NCBI GenBank assembly: GCA_951406725.2
Contig: OX597824.1
Coordinates: forward strand, 45,074,001-45,138,000
DNA: 64,000 nt
Direction of reading: 5' to 3'
From: Octopus vulgaris
Taxonomy: Eukaryota
Shown here: one piece after another, positions 26,301 to 40,900 of the stretch
Layout: every line of letters starts with the position of its first letter
Numbering within the stretch: the first letter of the stretch is position 1
Made by a program: the position numbers and the translations under genes
Notes under the pieces: model-generated
The model's input: only the letters and a program-made list of their open reading frames with translations
Database searches by the model: none
Told to the model about the DNA's origin: nothing

Positions 26301-29300
26301 CAAATGAGCAAGATAAGATTTTTTAAAATTAAGAATGAGAAAATTTGACATATTTTGGTAGAGTTATTAATATGTTTGACTCTTAAGTTGAAGGTCACAA
26401 ATTGAAACACTACCTCAGGTTGCAGTATTTTAGTCTATTTACCTCACAGCCAATCAAAATATAGGAATCACACACACACATTAATGCATTCCTGAAAAAT
26501 TTTGCAATGCAGAATCCCATAAGTAAAATTTTTATGTTATAAAGGGATAAAACCTTCCTAAGGATGATTTTGGTATAAAAAAAAAAAAGGAGACAATCAA
26601 TGCAACCACTTTTATGCATGCAAATAACAATTTCTTAGCATGAACAGTATAATATGTATTTGACATGAAATACATTAGGAAATAAATAATAATCCTAATA
26701 GCATAGTAGGATGTGTACTCACCACAAAAGATATTGACTACTCAGTGAGGGTGGTGGTGGAATGAGGGTTACTGAAAGAATGAAAGATGCCATCTTCTAT
26801 CTTATTCATTATCATCACCTACTTGTGGGGGTAAGATCTTGTACAAAATTATGTGATATTTATGGTACATCATCTCTTTGTAAAGCTCAGTGTGCTCTTT
26901 GTAAACTCCTCTTGTAATTTTTATGCTACATTCACCTTTAGGATTGTTATCAGTAAAAGCTTGCAAATCTTCTTCTAAAGTATCAACCTTTTTAGTAATA
27001 TTCTTTGCAGTCAAATTAATTGGAGTTGATGGAATTTTCATATTCTCATCTGTTTTCTCAGCTTACTTTCATTCTAACAGCATCAGCTCCTTGGTAATTA
27101 AACTTTTTCTATGAGACATGAGCAACTCTACCACATCATCCTCTGACTTCATCAAATCCTATATTATTTGCAAGTGTCATAATATTTTTCCAAATTTGAT
27201 GTATGCTTTTTTCTTGTGGAAAACTTAGTTGCAGGTACAATCTGGTTGTATATTTTTTCAATCCCATTCAAAGTTGAGGTCTTTACTTAAATCCTTGACT
27301 CAGCTATGTTATCCACAGCATCTATTGTGTTGAACTTCCTTCAGAAGTCTCTTAACTATAGGTTTATCTTCTCTATCAATTGCTTTCATAAGTTGTTTGA
27401 AAATTCTTCTCAGATAATATGCCTTAAAGTTAGCTATCACACCTTGATCCATTGGCTGGAGTAAAGAAGTATTCTTGGAAATATATTATGCTCTCATATT
27501 GCTTGAAAACTCAATTTAAGTTTACTGATGGTGTAATGTCTAAAATTAGCAATGTTTTGTAGGAAATATGTTTGGCACTGTGCATTTCTACTGCAGGACA
27601 AAAAGTATTTGTGAACCACTCTTTGAAAAAATTCTTAGTCCTCCATATGTTATTTAAACACCAAATCAGAGGTAAATTAAACTTTGTGTTAACTCTTGAA
27701 ATCCCTTGGATTTTGAGAATGATACACAAAAGCTTTAATTTCATGTCACCAGTAGTATTTCCTTCCATAAAAAGTGTCAGACAATTTTTGGAAGCTTTAA
27801 ATCCAGGTGTTGATTTTTCTTCTTGGTAGTAAGGACATTAGTTATTACATGGGAAAATGCAAGCAAGAGAAATAATATTCTTAGGGTTATAAATCTGGAG
27901 AAGTACAGGACAAGTTATTACACTTGGAAAGTTCAGGACAAGTTATTACATTTGGTAAAGTACAGAACAAGAAATGTTTACTTAAAATATTGCAGCAAAG
28001 GATAGAATTTCAAATAGAATATTTAGATTTAGAAAATATTAGCTTTATTTAAAACTAAAAGTTTTATTACAAGTTATTACTTGTATTTGATATTACTTAT
28101 TACTTCTATTAAAAATTAAAAATAATTAAAAATATTTTATCCTTAGCTGCAATATTTTAAGTAAAAATTTTCTTGTTCTGTACTTTACCAGATGTAATAA
28201 CTTGTCCTGTACTTTTCCAGATTTATAATCTTCAGAATATGATTTCTCTTGCTTGCATTTTTCCATGTAGTACATGTTTTTTCCAGGCTATGCTATTATA
28301 CTAATTAATAATGTATTAATTAGCGGTGTCATTGATAACTTTTTCCTTACCTTAATGATGCTGGTGACATATATAAAAAGTCCCCTAGAACTATATTCAT
28401 AAAAAAGTATAGAACTATATTATCACCCATTTAACCCTTTCGTTACTGTATTTATTTTGAGATGCTCTGTGTTTCTTTCAATTATTTTAAATGTAACAAA
28501 GAATTTAGTAAAATAACTTAGTTATCATTCAGCTAGTGTTAGGAACATTAATTATGACTAAGGTTTGGTGGAAGATTTTAATTCAAAACTTATGAAAACA
28601 AGACATTTGTACTCAGAGCCAGATTCAGCCAGGTTGGTAACAAAAGGGTTAAAACTTCATTGCATGAGATTGATACCACGAGATTCCTTGAATTGAGCTC
28701 TATCATTTAAGCCTAATTAAAATATAGTTTACTTTTAAAATAAAAAAAGCTAATTATACTTAAATCCAATTTTTTGCCTTACTTATATATTTTTTCAATA
28801 TATTTTACCTCACAACTTTTTCGGCACAAATTTTTGTTGCATGGGATCAAAACTATGAAATTCTTCATGCTTTCTTCTATCATAATAGATTTTGCTTTTA
28901 AAATAAAAAAAGTTATTTAGATCTAAACTTGATTGGTGGCGCTACTTGCTCTCTTATAATATTGCTACAAACTTTGATGTAAACTTTTTTCTACTGGACC
29001 AAATCTCAATTTTTTTTTAATGCCAAAATGTAGCTAGGGACCAGTCCTCATTAAAAACGTTAATGGTTTTCCATTTGGTTAAGAACTGACTTAGCAACAA
29101 GCTCTGAAAGATGCTGCATGTATGTAAATTGCAGCCTTAAGAATATCATTCAACTACTACTGTAGTTGAGTGATATTGGTTTTCATGTTGGTGTTGGTAA
29201 CATCGTTTTGTTAATTACATTGTTGCTATTTAGTTTTTAAGTTGATCCTTATTGACGTAAGAGGAAAGACATTGAATTCAACATTTAAAATAGACTGGAG

Positions 29301-30495
29301 TACTATATTATCTCTTGATTTTTTTAAAGAAATTTCAGATGAAGCTGTCTATCTTGCTTACACTAGTGTCATTAAGGAGTTGCTATGTTGGTAATGGTAG
29401 TGGTTATATTGGTTTTAGTGCTGATGATAGATAGGGTGGTGGAGGTTGAGTTATATAGATTGATACAAAAGCACACATTTTGACCCAAGAAAATATACAC
29501 AAATACACGCACAGCGAAAAATTTCATCAACATGCATGTACACACATACATGCACACATATATGTATAGATGTATGTATCATGGTTATAGTTTTTCAAAT
29601 TAACTATTGTGATCTTAGTTAAAATAGTTCAAATTAACTATTGTGATCTCAGTTAAAATAGTTAGTTAAATTAACTATTGTGATCTTAGTTTAAAGCAGC
29701 CTTTTGGCTAAGAAGATAAATCTTGAAATTTACCCAAGTTTCTGAAGGAGCAAAATTACAGACCATATCCTGAAACTAGTGGTCATACTTTACAATTTCC
29801 ATTGATACAAAATATGTAACCTGAGGTAGCTGTAACTTGTGGGGTGGTGGGGTGCCTGTATCACATTTAGTGGTTGATATTACATCCAGGTGCAAAAATG
29901 CTCTGCTTAAATTATTTATAGCTAGGTTACTTTGACCTAGTTGAAAACTTTTTTTACAGTCATATCAATTTGTGAATCGAGTAATATTTTTGGGATTCAA
30001 CCAAAATGTAGAAAAAATATAATTAAAATCTAGAAAAATTATACAGTTGAAACAAAATATGAATATTATGGCATTGACTGATAAATGAAAGACTTATTAT
30101 TTAAGGAAAAATATGATGATGAAAGGATATGAATAGAAGTTGGAATAATTGTGAATATAGCTATTACTAGAATAAAGCCTTTGAAGATGCCAAAGCCCTC
30201 TGATTATTACTGTGTAAAGATTGTCTCTGCAATTATGACTTTCTTTGATTAAAAGCTGGAAAAGGACATTGTAAATTACTTAATCTTTTATTTCTGTTTA
30301 TCTTAATTTCAAACCATAGTGATAATAACCATCATCCTTATTCCAATTTTTATACTTTAGAATTAGATTTTCTATAACCACAGAAGTTGGATAGTCTGCC
30401 ATTAACTGCTTCTTTTCAGGATTTTATTTATTTATTTAACCCTTTATTTTTCTTAAAATACTATTGAGAACATTTCATTATGAAAGTTATCTCAG

Positions 30496-30571
<76 letters not shown>

Positions 30572-30574
30572 CTC

Positions 30575-30628
<54 letters not shown>

Positions 30629-33600
30629 CTCTCCTCTCTCTCTCCTCTCTCCTCTCTCTCTCTCTCTCTCAATTAGATAATACCTAACACAGTTGGAATA
30701 ATTTCTCTCTAAGCGAAAAGAAATTAACACTGTTCCCCTTTGTTGATTATCTATTTCAATAGATTTTTTTTTTTTTTTTTCTTCTTTATTTGGGGGTGGG
30801 AGTTCAACATCTTTATCTATTTCCATTTATATAGCTTATCAAGATTCCTGCTGAAGTCTAGCTGATTACAGAATTACAAATCGTTACTAAATTGGTCATA
30901 TGAGTTTGCTGGATGCCAGCCATTTATGGCTGCCTGCTTAACCTTGCTTATCTTAACCATCAACTTAATTGGTATGATGGAGTTTTAATAAATACACAGA
31001 TAGTTGCTATCTGAGCTGCCATCACATGAGATAACCTTTCACTTAAATGCTATTATCACAAATATTTTTCACCCACATCTTATATTTTTGCCTATCTTAT
31101 TTTCGTTTTTCATACGTTGTCTCGTGCCAAATGATATGTGAATTATATAAAAAAAAAAGTCTAGACTCTCAGTTTTGAACTTTTTATTATGTTCTTACAA
31201 TGAAGGAATTATTTTCAAATTATCAAATTTATTTAAATTAAGAATTTAGAAGTCAAAGCTTGCTGGAGCTATAAATTGTCAGCTTTTGTAATTAGGTTTT
31301 TAGGCAAAGTATCTTATACTCTTCCACTTAACAAACTGAACTAAAACCTTGGTCTCTCTACCATGCTGCATTTGATTTATAAACATTAGAAATAAATTAT
31401 TAGAGACTCAATTTTTTAAAAAAATCTAGATTGGTAGAATTGATCCATGATAGTATATAAAAAGGAAAGTGAAAATATCCTTAAAGAATGAAAGCTAACT
31501 AAACGATATCTTTTCTTTTTTTTCCAACATTTATTCCATTGTGGAGATAACATAAAAATATTTGACTTAGAAAGTAGTTACATAATCAATCTTTTGTTTT
31601 CAAGAAACAACCTATCAAAGTGACTTTCTAAATTTGTAAAGACCTACAAAAGAAAAAATAAACTAGCCTGTTAGAATCTATATTTTTATGCTTTTTTTTT
31701 ACCTAAACATTAGTGGGATTTTTTTTTCTTATATCAATATGGGTATTTGTGTTACAAATTTGTGTTACATTAAACTTGTGATGGAAATTTTCTCCTGAAC
31801 TAGATGCCAGTCTAACTTCAACAGCATTTTCAGATTATCTGGTTTCTCTTCTCAACAGCTAGGTGAACTAAAGCATGTGCTTAAAATACACAACAAAATG
31901 CTTCTAAGTTGGTGATTTGTTTGAGCTGGTAACCAAATATACATATCCATTTTGCTTCCAAATGATAAAGGGTTAATGTACTTTATTTATGAGAGCATAA
32001 ATAATCAAGTTCTGAGTATCAGTATAAAAAAGAAAGGGAAGACACATACCAGTTATGAGACCCTGTGATTAAAAGGACTTTTTGAATGTAGGTTTGCTTA
32101 TCCTTCTGTAATGAAAAAATCACATGATCATTGAGAGATGTGTATTTAACAGATCATCTGTAATTTTGCCAAATTGTATCAAACTTTGTGTATCTTTGCC
32201 TGAAAGACTTTTCGAGAGATCAGCAACTCTGGAAAATAAATAAATTCTGAAGACACTTAAAAAAATTAACTAGACACTAGTCTTGTTTAATAGATAATAT
32301 TTTGGGCTACCACTTTAGAACTACTGAGTTCATTTCTGCTGCAATTTTTTTTTTTTTTTTTTGAAGGACTATTTCCTGAAATGGGTTTAGTTTATAGCCA
32401 ATCGTAGCTTGTATCAACTACAGGCTAAAGTATTTTGGTATTTCAAATATTAAGAAAGATTCATCTGTATTTGTTTCTTAATAATATGTGTATATTACTC
32501 AGTTACCATGTCATGGTATTTATTTATAAATTGAAAGTTAAAACATTGGTGATTTCATGAAATTATCAAGTGATTGGTTGCATGTTTGAACTTGCCACTG
32601 GAATTGTTAATCTCCTTGATCATTCTAAGTAATCTAATCTCAGGCTATTAGTAATTCCAGTAACCTTGACAGTTTTTGTAAACAAAGGTTTCCTATATAA
32701 ACTCCTTCTTAATCAGATTCACACACACTCACACACCAACAGGTGTTATATTATATACTTTCGTGTATAGCATAAATCTTTTTTCATACTAGTTGTAAGA
32801 CTACATATAAAATAACACTTCCACTTTGATAGTCATCAGTATTTACAGTTGTTCTCACATATTATGCAAATACCTGAATATGTAGAAGCATTCAACACAT
32901 GTCAATATAAAACATTTTACAAACACAACAATGGCAATGATTTCTTACACAAGACCATATTATCAGGCTTTCTTTAATTGCCACAAAGGTGGGAAAAAGC
33001 CTTAGTATAATTACAATGTAATTCAAAATAATACCTTACAAAATTGATAAATAAACAGTAATGAGCTGGAAAATAATTGTCTGTGTGTGTAGGGAAAAGG
33101 TTTACTTTCACACAAATAGGAATAAATGAAAATTGGTTAAAATGCCCCTGGGTCTTAAGAGGATTTTTAGGTGCTTTTATAATTTTTAAAAATTTATTAA
33201 AGTATCATTTAAAAAAAAGAAAATGCATAAGAAAAAGTTTCATAGCAATAAAACATGCTGAAAGAAACCAAATGTTCAATAGGTTTCATGGCAAAATTCC
33301 AAGATGAAAATCCATGCCTTCAATAAGTTTCACAGCAATAAGAAATGATGAAAGTTCAAATGTTCAATATATTTCATAGCAATAATATGTGATAGAAATT
33401 TGAAAGTTCAAATACGTTTCATGATAATAAATTGTGTTAGCAGTTAAACATGATAAAGATTTTAAAGTATAAGAAAATTTTCATCTTTACTATCTCTGTT
33501 GTATTGTGCAAGGCTGAATTGTTTGTTGTTTGCTTTACTTATTCAAATGTGGAACCAGAATTATTTTTTGAGCAAATATTGCCTTATATATGTAGGCTTT

Positions 33601-34911
33601 TCAAGACCTAGATTTAAGTCCTGATTGGCTGCTTACTTAAAAATGTTACTTGTTTTTGTCCACCTATGGCCTAACATTTTGGAAATTATTTGTTAATCAT
33701 AATTCTATTTGCTTGTTGTTGTCTGGCAGTTGTCCAGTATCTTGGTTGGTTAACTACTTGAAGATATCATTTGTTTTATCATCTGTTTTGGTTACTTGTC
33801 GTTTAACTATAGTCCAGTACTCCAATTGGTTGACTCCTTTAAGACATCACTTATCTTTCTGATGTCCTGTCAGTTGAATGTCTTTTTCTGTTTTCTTTTC
33901 TTTATTACTCATCAAGTCCAGTTTTAACAAAAATAGAATCCCCATTGGTCATTTTCAGGTACAAATCCGACCACAAAACCAATATTCTTACATCCTTATT
34001 TGTGTAGAAGCAAACCCCTTTTTCTATATATATATAAAGTTAATAAAAGAAAATGCAGAAGAAAAAGTATAATAGATACTTGGTTCATGTTATTTGTATC
34101 ACAATGCAAAAGTAATGCAAAATGATACATATAAGAATAAGGATAAAAGAAACCGGATCAACAAAACAACCAAAAAATAACCGAAAAATCCTACACATGT
34201 TTGAATCCTCAACAGTCAAACGATTATAGATGTGAAAAACCATATATTGTCAGGTATCTTCAGAGAAAATATACTTACTTTTCCTTGAAGATACCCAACA
34301 ATATATGGTTTTTCACATCTATAATCGTTTGTATGTTGATGATTCAAACATGCTATCAGATTGCAACATGTAGGATATTTTTCAGTTAATTTTTGGTTGT
34401 TTTGTTGATCTAGTTTCTTTTATCCTTTTTCTTATATGTATTATTTTTACTTTGCATTACTTTTCCATTGTGATACAAATAAAATGAACCAAGTATCTAT
34501 TATATTTTTTCTTCTCCATTTTCTTTTATTAACTTATAATCTATTAGACTAGTTCATCATCATCACTTAATGTCCATTTTCCATGCAGGCATGGGTTGGA
34601 TGCTTTGACTGAGGTCTGGAAAACCAGTAGCTGCACCAGACTCCAATCTGATCTGGCAATGTTTCTACAGCTGGATGCCCTTCCTAACACCAATCACTCC
34701 AAGAGTGTAGCAGGTGCTTTTTACATGCCACCAGCACAGGAGCCAGTCAAGTGGGCCTGGCATCAATCATGTTCAGATAGTGCTTTTTACATGCCACTGG
34801 CATGGGAGATTGTGGAACTTAGTTTCAGTATATTTGATAACACCAGTTGATATCTGGATTGTTATTAACAATCCTTTATGAGGAAATTACATCTTCAATA
34901 TTTGAAGGGTA

Positions 34912-34952
<41 letters not shown>

Positions 34953-37900
34953 GGCATTTCTAGAAACAAGAGAACATGCCAGATAATTTCATTGCTCTTA
35001 TATAAAATTTATTCTTTCCTTATGTTTAGCATGCACTTCAAGTGATTTTGTAAAAGAAAGTTGATAAAAGTTTTGAGTTAAAAAATATTCTACCTCAGCT
35101 TTTTCAGCTTTATTTACTAAATTATCACTTTACCTAGTCACAAACTGAAAAATTGTTTGACTAAACTTGTCTAAGCTAGTCTTGTGAGGGACTCTTGACA
35201 GCCAGAATAGTGCTATATACAGTAACAAAATGAGCCCACCTATAACACATAACAAAATAAGCAGGAGATCCAAGACTACTAAGAGTTTGAGGTGTTGTTA
35301 TCTGCACTTAAATGTCTAGGTACCCATACTAATTTGAAACTAGCTATGATCCCTGTTTATCATTATCATCATCATTATTTAACATCCATTTTCCATGTTG
35401 GCATGGGTTGGACAGTTTGACTGGAGCTGGTAAGGCCAAGGGCTGCACCAGGCTCCATTGTCTGTTCTGGTATGGTTTCTACAGCTGAATACCCTGCTTA
35501 ATGCCAACCACTCAATAGAGTGTACTATGTGTTTTTTATGTGGTATCAGCACTGGTATCAATTCTGCTGTGGTGAATGGGTCTTCTTGAGTACAGCACTA
35601 TGCCAGATATCTCAATCCTTAGTCATCTCCTTCATTAAGTTCAGTGTCTTCTCAGGAAATGGATTTAGGAGGATTATTCATAATATCATGTTATTCATGA
35701 TATCATAATATCATGTCACCTAACTGAATTCTTTTGCCATTACTTTCTTTGATAAAAGGGACACTCACCAAAAACAAACCATTAATCCCTACCTGATCTC
35801 ATAACACAAAACACATTTCTTCAGTTTAAGTAATAATGACCCATTATTAATACAATACTTAGCTGCTCTGGAACCCTGTTCTAATAACACTGGTCAATAA
35901 TTTTTGAAAAGTTGTGTGCTTCTTAAATGAGATTAGCTTATTCCTAAATATTTTTATGCACTGAATCCAAATGTAGCAGAATTTGTCTGCCTCATTCACA
36001 TAAGTGTGCGGCATCTGAAAGAAGAAAACAACAAACAATTAGAAGATATTCAGTGAGATTGGCATAATTAATCAGCTTTAGTGAGAAAGGATTATTGTTA
36101 AGTAGCCCAATAAATTTTGCCCAAGTAAACCTTCGGTGCAACGGTATCTGATCTAGCATTTATGTACAGAACACAGGCCCCACACACCTCTTCTGGCAAA
36201 CTTCATTAATGCAATGTTGCAGTTTTGAGAATATTCTACTCAGTCTGATGTCTAGTCTGTTTTTATATACACAAAGGTTGGCTGAGTGAATTTGTTTTGC
36301 AGCTACATGATTCCAGGTTTAATGCCACCGTGTGTCACTTTGGTCAAGTGACTTGTGCTATATCCTTAGTTTAACCAATATCTTGTAAATCAAATTTGGT
36401 TGACATAAACTGTGTGAAAGCTTGTTTATATCTTTCACTGATGTGTATCAGTGAAGGATATAAACCAAAAACTGGTGAGACACCCTTGTTACTATTCCTG
36501 TCAGAAATGCAGTAAATTTAGACACTACTGTTCAAAGTTGTGATATAAAATAAATAGGTAAAAGGTTTCTTGAAAGAGAATTTCTTCGTAAGGTGGAGAT
36601 TTTTGGTGTTTTTGTTTTTGCATATGATATCATAAAACTTAAATTTGATTTGTAATACACATAAGTAAATTAGAATTGATAGATATTAATTAGAACTTCT
36701 TAAGTTCAAATATTACCCCAAGTTAGTAGCCTTCTACCTTTCTCAGATTTATAAAATCCAAAACGATTTAATAGATAGATCAACAAGAGTCAATTGTGTG
36801 TATACATTATCACTTGAAGAGATAATTCTTCGTATCAAACGCCAAAACCAACAAGAATTTCAGCATCACATTTGGAGTGGAGATGGTTAATTACTAATAA
36901 ATATAAATAACAACCAAGAGATGCATTCACATTGCCAACAGACAATAACTTGTAAACAGTTTAGATTTATGTCATTTAATAATAAAACAAATAAAATTGA
37001 TTCTTTCAAATAAAAGATTTTTTTAAATTGTATAACTTTTACTTTACCCTTATGTAGAAAATATATATTTTAGATATATCTTCATGATTTCTATTCTGCT
37101 CTAGATTATTCAATCACCTTATTTTATCTTTCTTTAACTTTTTAAAAAAATTTTTTTTTTTTGTCATTAGAGAAGAGAAGACTGAGCTTTTATCTGATGT
37201 CATGGATGAACTTGATGATAACAAGTCCCAGCTTCAAAAAACGAAGACTGAAGTAAGTTGTTTGATTATGTGACTAAAAGAAGACTTTTTTTTTAGAAAA
37301 AAAAAATGCATGAAATCCCCAAAATCAAGGGGTGAAGCTGTTTTAACCATGAATGGAAACTAATCTACAAAATTTCATTCAAAGAGAATATATTGCCATA
37401 TCATGCATTTATCAAAAGAATGGTCTCTTAAAGTAGAAAGTCTCAAATTTATGAAAGAAATGGAACAATGTAATGCAGTTTTTATCCCACCAATGTGTTA
37501 CATAAATTAAGAAATTGAAACCAGAGTCCAAAATTTGATTTCAGTAGAAATTGACATACTGCAGTATCCACTGCAACAATGACAATCAAAAAATGTTTAA
37601 TACCTTCTTAATAACTGTACAGCATTATTTGTCCAGTGTAATGAAATTATTCTTATTTCTTCATAAAGAATGAAAGAATTTTTGATTATTTTGTTGTTAT
37701 ATAATAATTATTAGCCAAGTGAGATTTAACATTGATTAGATTTGATACACTGAAGCTTCAATGAAATGATAAATTTCAGTAAATAAAAGGCATCAGTGCA
37801 AAACTATGGAAAAAATTTTAACTTTCATGTAAGAATTTCATATAACACTCATATATTTTCAGATGAAAATTAGCTTGACTGAATATTGTAAAAATCTGTT

Positions 37901-40900
37901 CCAGAATTATTTAGCATATAAATCTTTAAGCTGGGTGACAGCTAAAGTGAAATCTAATCTAGAATAGAGAAATATGACATATTGCTTAGGATTAAATAAA
38001 ACAAATATATGTTTATTTTGCATTAAAGTTTAAGGCAGATAAAAATAGTAAAAGAAAGAGAATTGAAAATAAGTCACAGCTGGAAAAAGTAGGTATCTGG
38101 GTCAAAAAGTGTGTACTCTGAAGAAGTTTGACCTTTTTTTTTTTTATTAGTGCTTGAGATTAAATGTTTTAATTAGTCTGAAACTTGCAACTTAATTTAT
38201 GTACAATTCCTTGAAAATATTTTTCATAGTAGTAGGCATCATAAGAAGCTGACTAAACTTGGCTTGATATAACTATTACAGAAACACAATCAATTTAAAT
38301 TTCATAAGCTTAAAATTTTTGGAAATTATATGTCCATTTTATTTATTTTTCTAAAAACTTAAATATGTTTTTACTGTTTTTGTTTTCCTCGTTATTAATG
38401 TTCATCATATTTTCTTATAAATCAGTTGTTGTCCAAATTCATTTTCTAAAATTTTTATTATAGTATGGCCAAGATATTAACAAATTTTGTTAGAGGAATT
38501 GATTTTGTGTGAACCATAGATAATATAAGTACAGTGAAGTAATAAGTTTATCTCTTTAATGTCATCAATTATAGTGAATCTCTTTGTAAGTTTAGCTGTT
38601 GGTATGCTAAGTATTTCAGGGTACCTGGGTAATCAATCTACATGCAAACTGCATTACAAAATAACAAAGTATCAAGTTTATCTTTCTAGTATTTTCTAAT
38701 ATTTTCACTTATTATATTATAAAAATTGTGTTTGTACAAGTAAGAGTGATATTGACCATCAGTATCTAACATTCTGCAGAACTTAAACTGGAATATTATT
38801 CATGCTTTTGGGACTTACAAATGCATATATTGTAGACTACATCCAAGAACAAATTACCTGCCTGATAAGCAAATTATTACTCGTCAGCAGTTTACAACTA
38901 CTGACTCATCAATATGTACTCCTTTTCTGTCTCTACTATTGATACTACAGTGGGTTTCACTCCTTAGTTTCCAAACTGTTTCTGTCCACATTTAAAGCCA
39001 CTGCCATAGATGTGAATGTACTTAAATTCTTAATTCCTTTGTTTCAGGTTCCTCTTTCATTCCAAATTCTATATTAAACCATTTACTAAGTCATTCTTTC
39101 CTATAAATTTACCTTCTGATGATCTCTTCTTGTCTAAACTACTTCCAACCACTTAAGTGCAACAGTTTTAAGTGAACATCAATTTCACTGGCCTCATACA
39201 GCTTTGTCTATTTTCTCTGTGTAAGCAGCTCCAACCATGATCAGAGATCAGAAAATAGATATTTTACCAATATCATGTTTCTTGGCATTTCAGCCATGAT
39301 AGAAAGAAATGCCAAGTTAAATGTGGAAGACAGAATTGATAGTGCTCCAGATAGTTCTCTCAAAATGTTGATAGGTTAAAAAATAAAGGGATCAATATGT
39401 GGTTATAGTCTTACTTTGCTATTTATGATACCAAAACTTGGAAGTAAACATACAAATACTATACAGATTGTGTACTACTCAAATTTGATATTCCCTGGAG
39501 ATCTGAAATGTTTTATTGTCTCAAATATCAATTCTTGAGTCAAATATTTTATTAAGCAATCTGTACATAAATGTTTTCTGGGTATCCCAAAATAGTTGAC
39601 ATAATAACAGCCATTTTTAAATCACAAAAAGACTGATAAATCTAGAAAGAACATCCATTTCTATGATGAAGTTATAAATAGCTATCATAGATAAACAGAA
39701 TTGCCACCTTATTCAACGTAAAATAAGAATAACTGATGATTTTAGACATGCAATGTAAATAACTGTTTCTATCTCTTTAAATGATTATTTGCTAAAATTA
39801 TATTATTATTTTAAATCTTTCATGAAATTCCCTATTTGAAAACAAGCAGATAACCATCTAGTTCAAACAATATAATTACTATTTTCACGATTCACATTTG
39901 GCCCAAAGACTAACAGTGACAGAAAAATCAATAATGAGAGCTAAATATCCTGAGTCTTCTAAACAACAATTACTGCTTTACTCAGTCAGCTGTATTCTTT
40001 ATCCTGCTAACAAAATAGAACATTCAAGAATTAGTCTACTGACAATAAGTGTTGCTTGTATTTATTGATTTATTGAAGCTTAGTAGGTATCTTGAGTTTA
40101 AACTGGACATGAGTTTTTCTTCATTTTTCAACTGGATAACTTATATCTGTATTTCAGACTATAGGGAATATATTTTCATGTTGATATCAAAGATGTCTAA
40201 ACCTGACAAAAGATGGAAAATTTGAGACTTTAATTTATTTGCTTTTCTCTCTCTTACACATACACACACTATCACATGCATATACATACATACACATGCA
40301 TACATAAGAAACTACCTTAGGATAATTATTCATATTTTGTTACCCTGTTTCTCCATCTCCTCTTCCCTTGCAACATATGTAGTCATTAATTGAATTTTTC
40401 CCTGTAAGTTTGGAATAATATTCCCTATTATTATTATTATTATTATTAAAAATATATATATATATATATATATATATTTGTAATATTAAATTTATTTTAA
40501 CTGCTTTCTTTTTAGTATAATGAAATTTATCAAGAAGCTAAAACAGCCAGAGCTTACAGAGATGAGATTGATATGCTCAGGGAAAAAGTAAGTGAATGAA
40601 AATGATTCAGTTCTGATTAATAAATTATTACTTTAAAAAATCTGATACAGAATGTGATTCTTGTTTTATAGCTATACTGTTTAGGTTTATTGTCATCATT
40701 TAACATCCTTTCATGCTGACATAGGCTATTTATAAGTTACTATTACTGGTAATTACTAGTTTTTTCTTTTTTTTTATTAAGAGAAAAATAACAAGCAAGC
40801 TGGAGTTTTCAAGTGTTTATAAAAGCATTACTTATGTAAATGATAAAATAAGAAATTGGGACTGGATTACAACTCCTACTTGCTGAAATCTTCGAGGAGT

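Noticed and set aside
30464-30826. Poly-LS and poly-ER ORFs
   Set aside because: Translation of the (CT)n microsatellite.
36424-36465. 19-bp-stem hairpin (and 13-bp hairpin at 44130-44157) as terminator or ncRNA
   Set aside because: Too short and lying in decayed repeat or AT-rich context; no supporting features.
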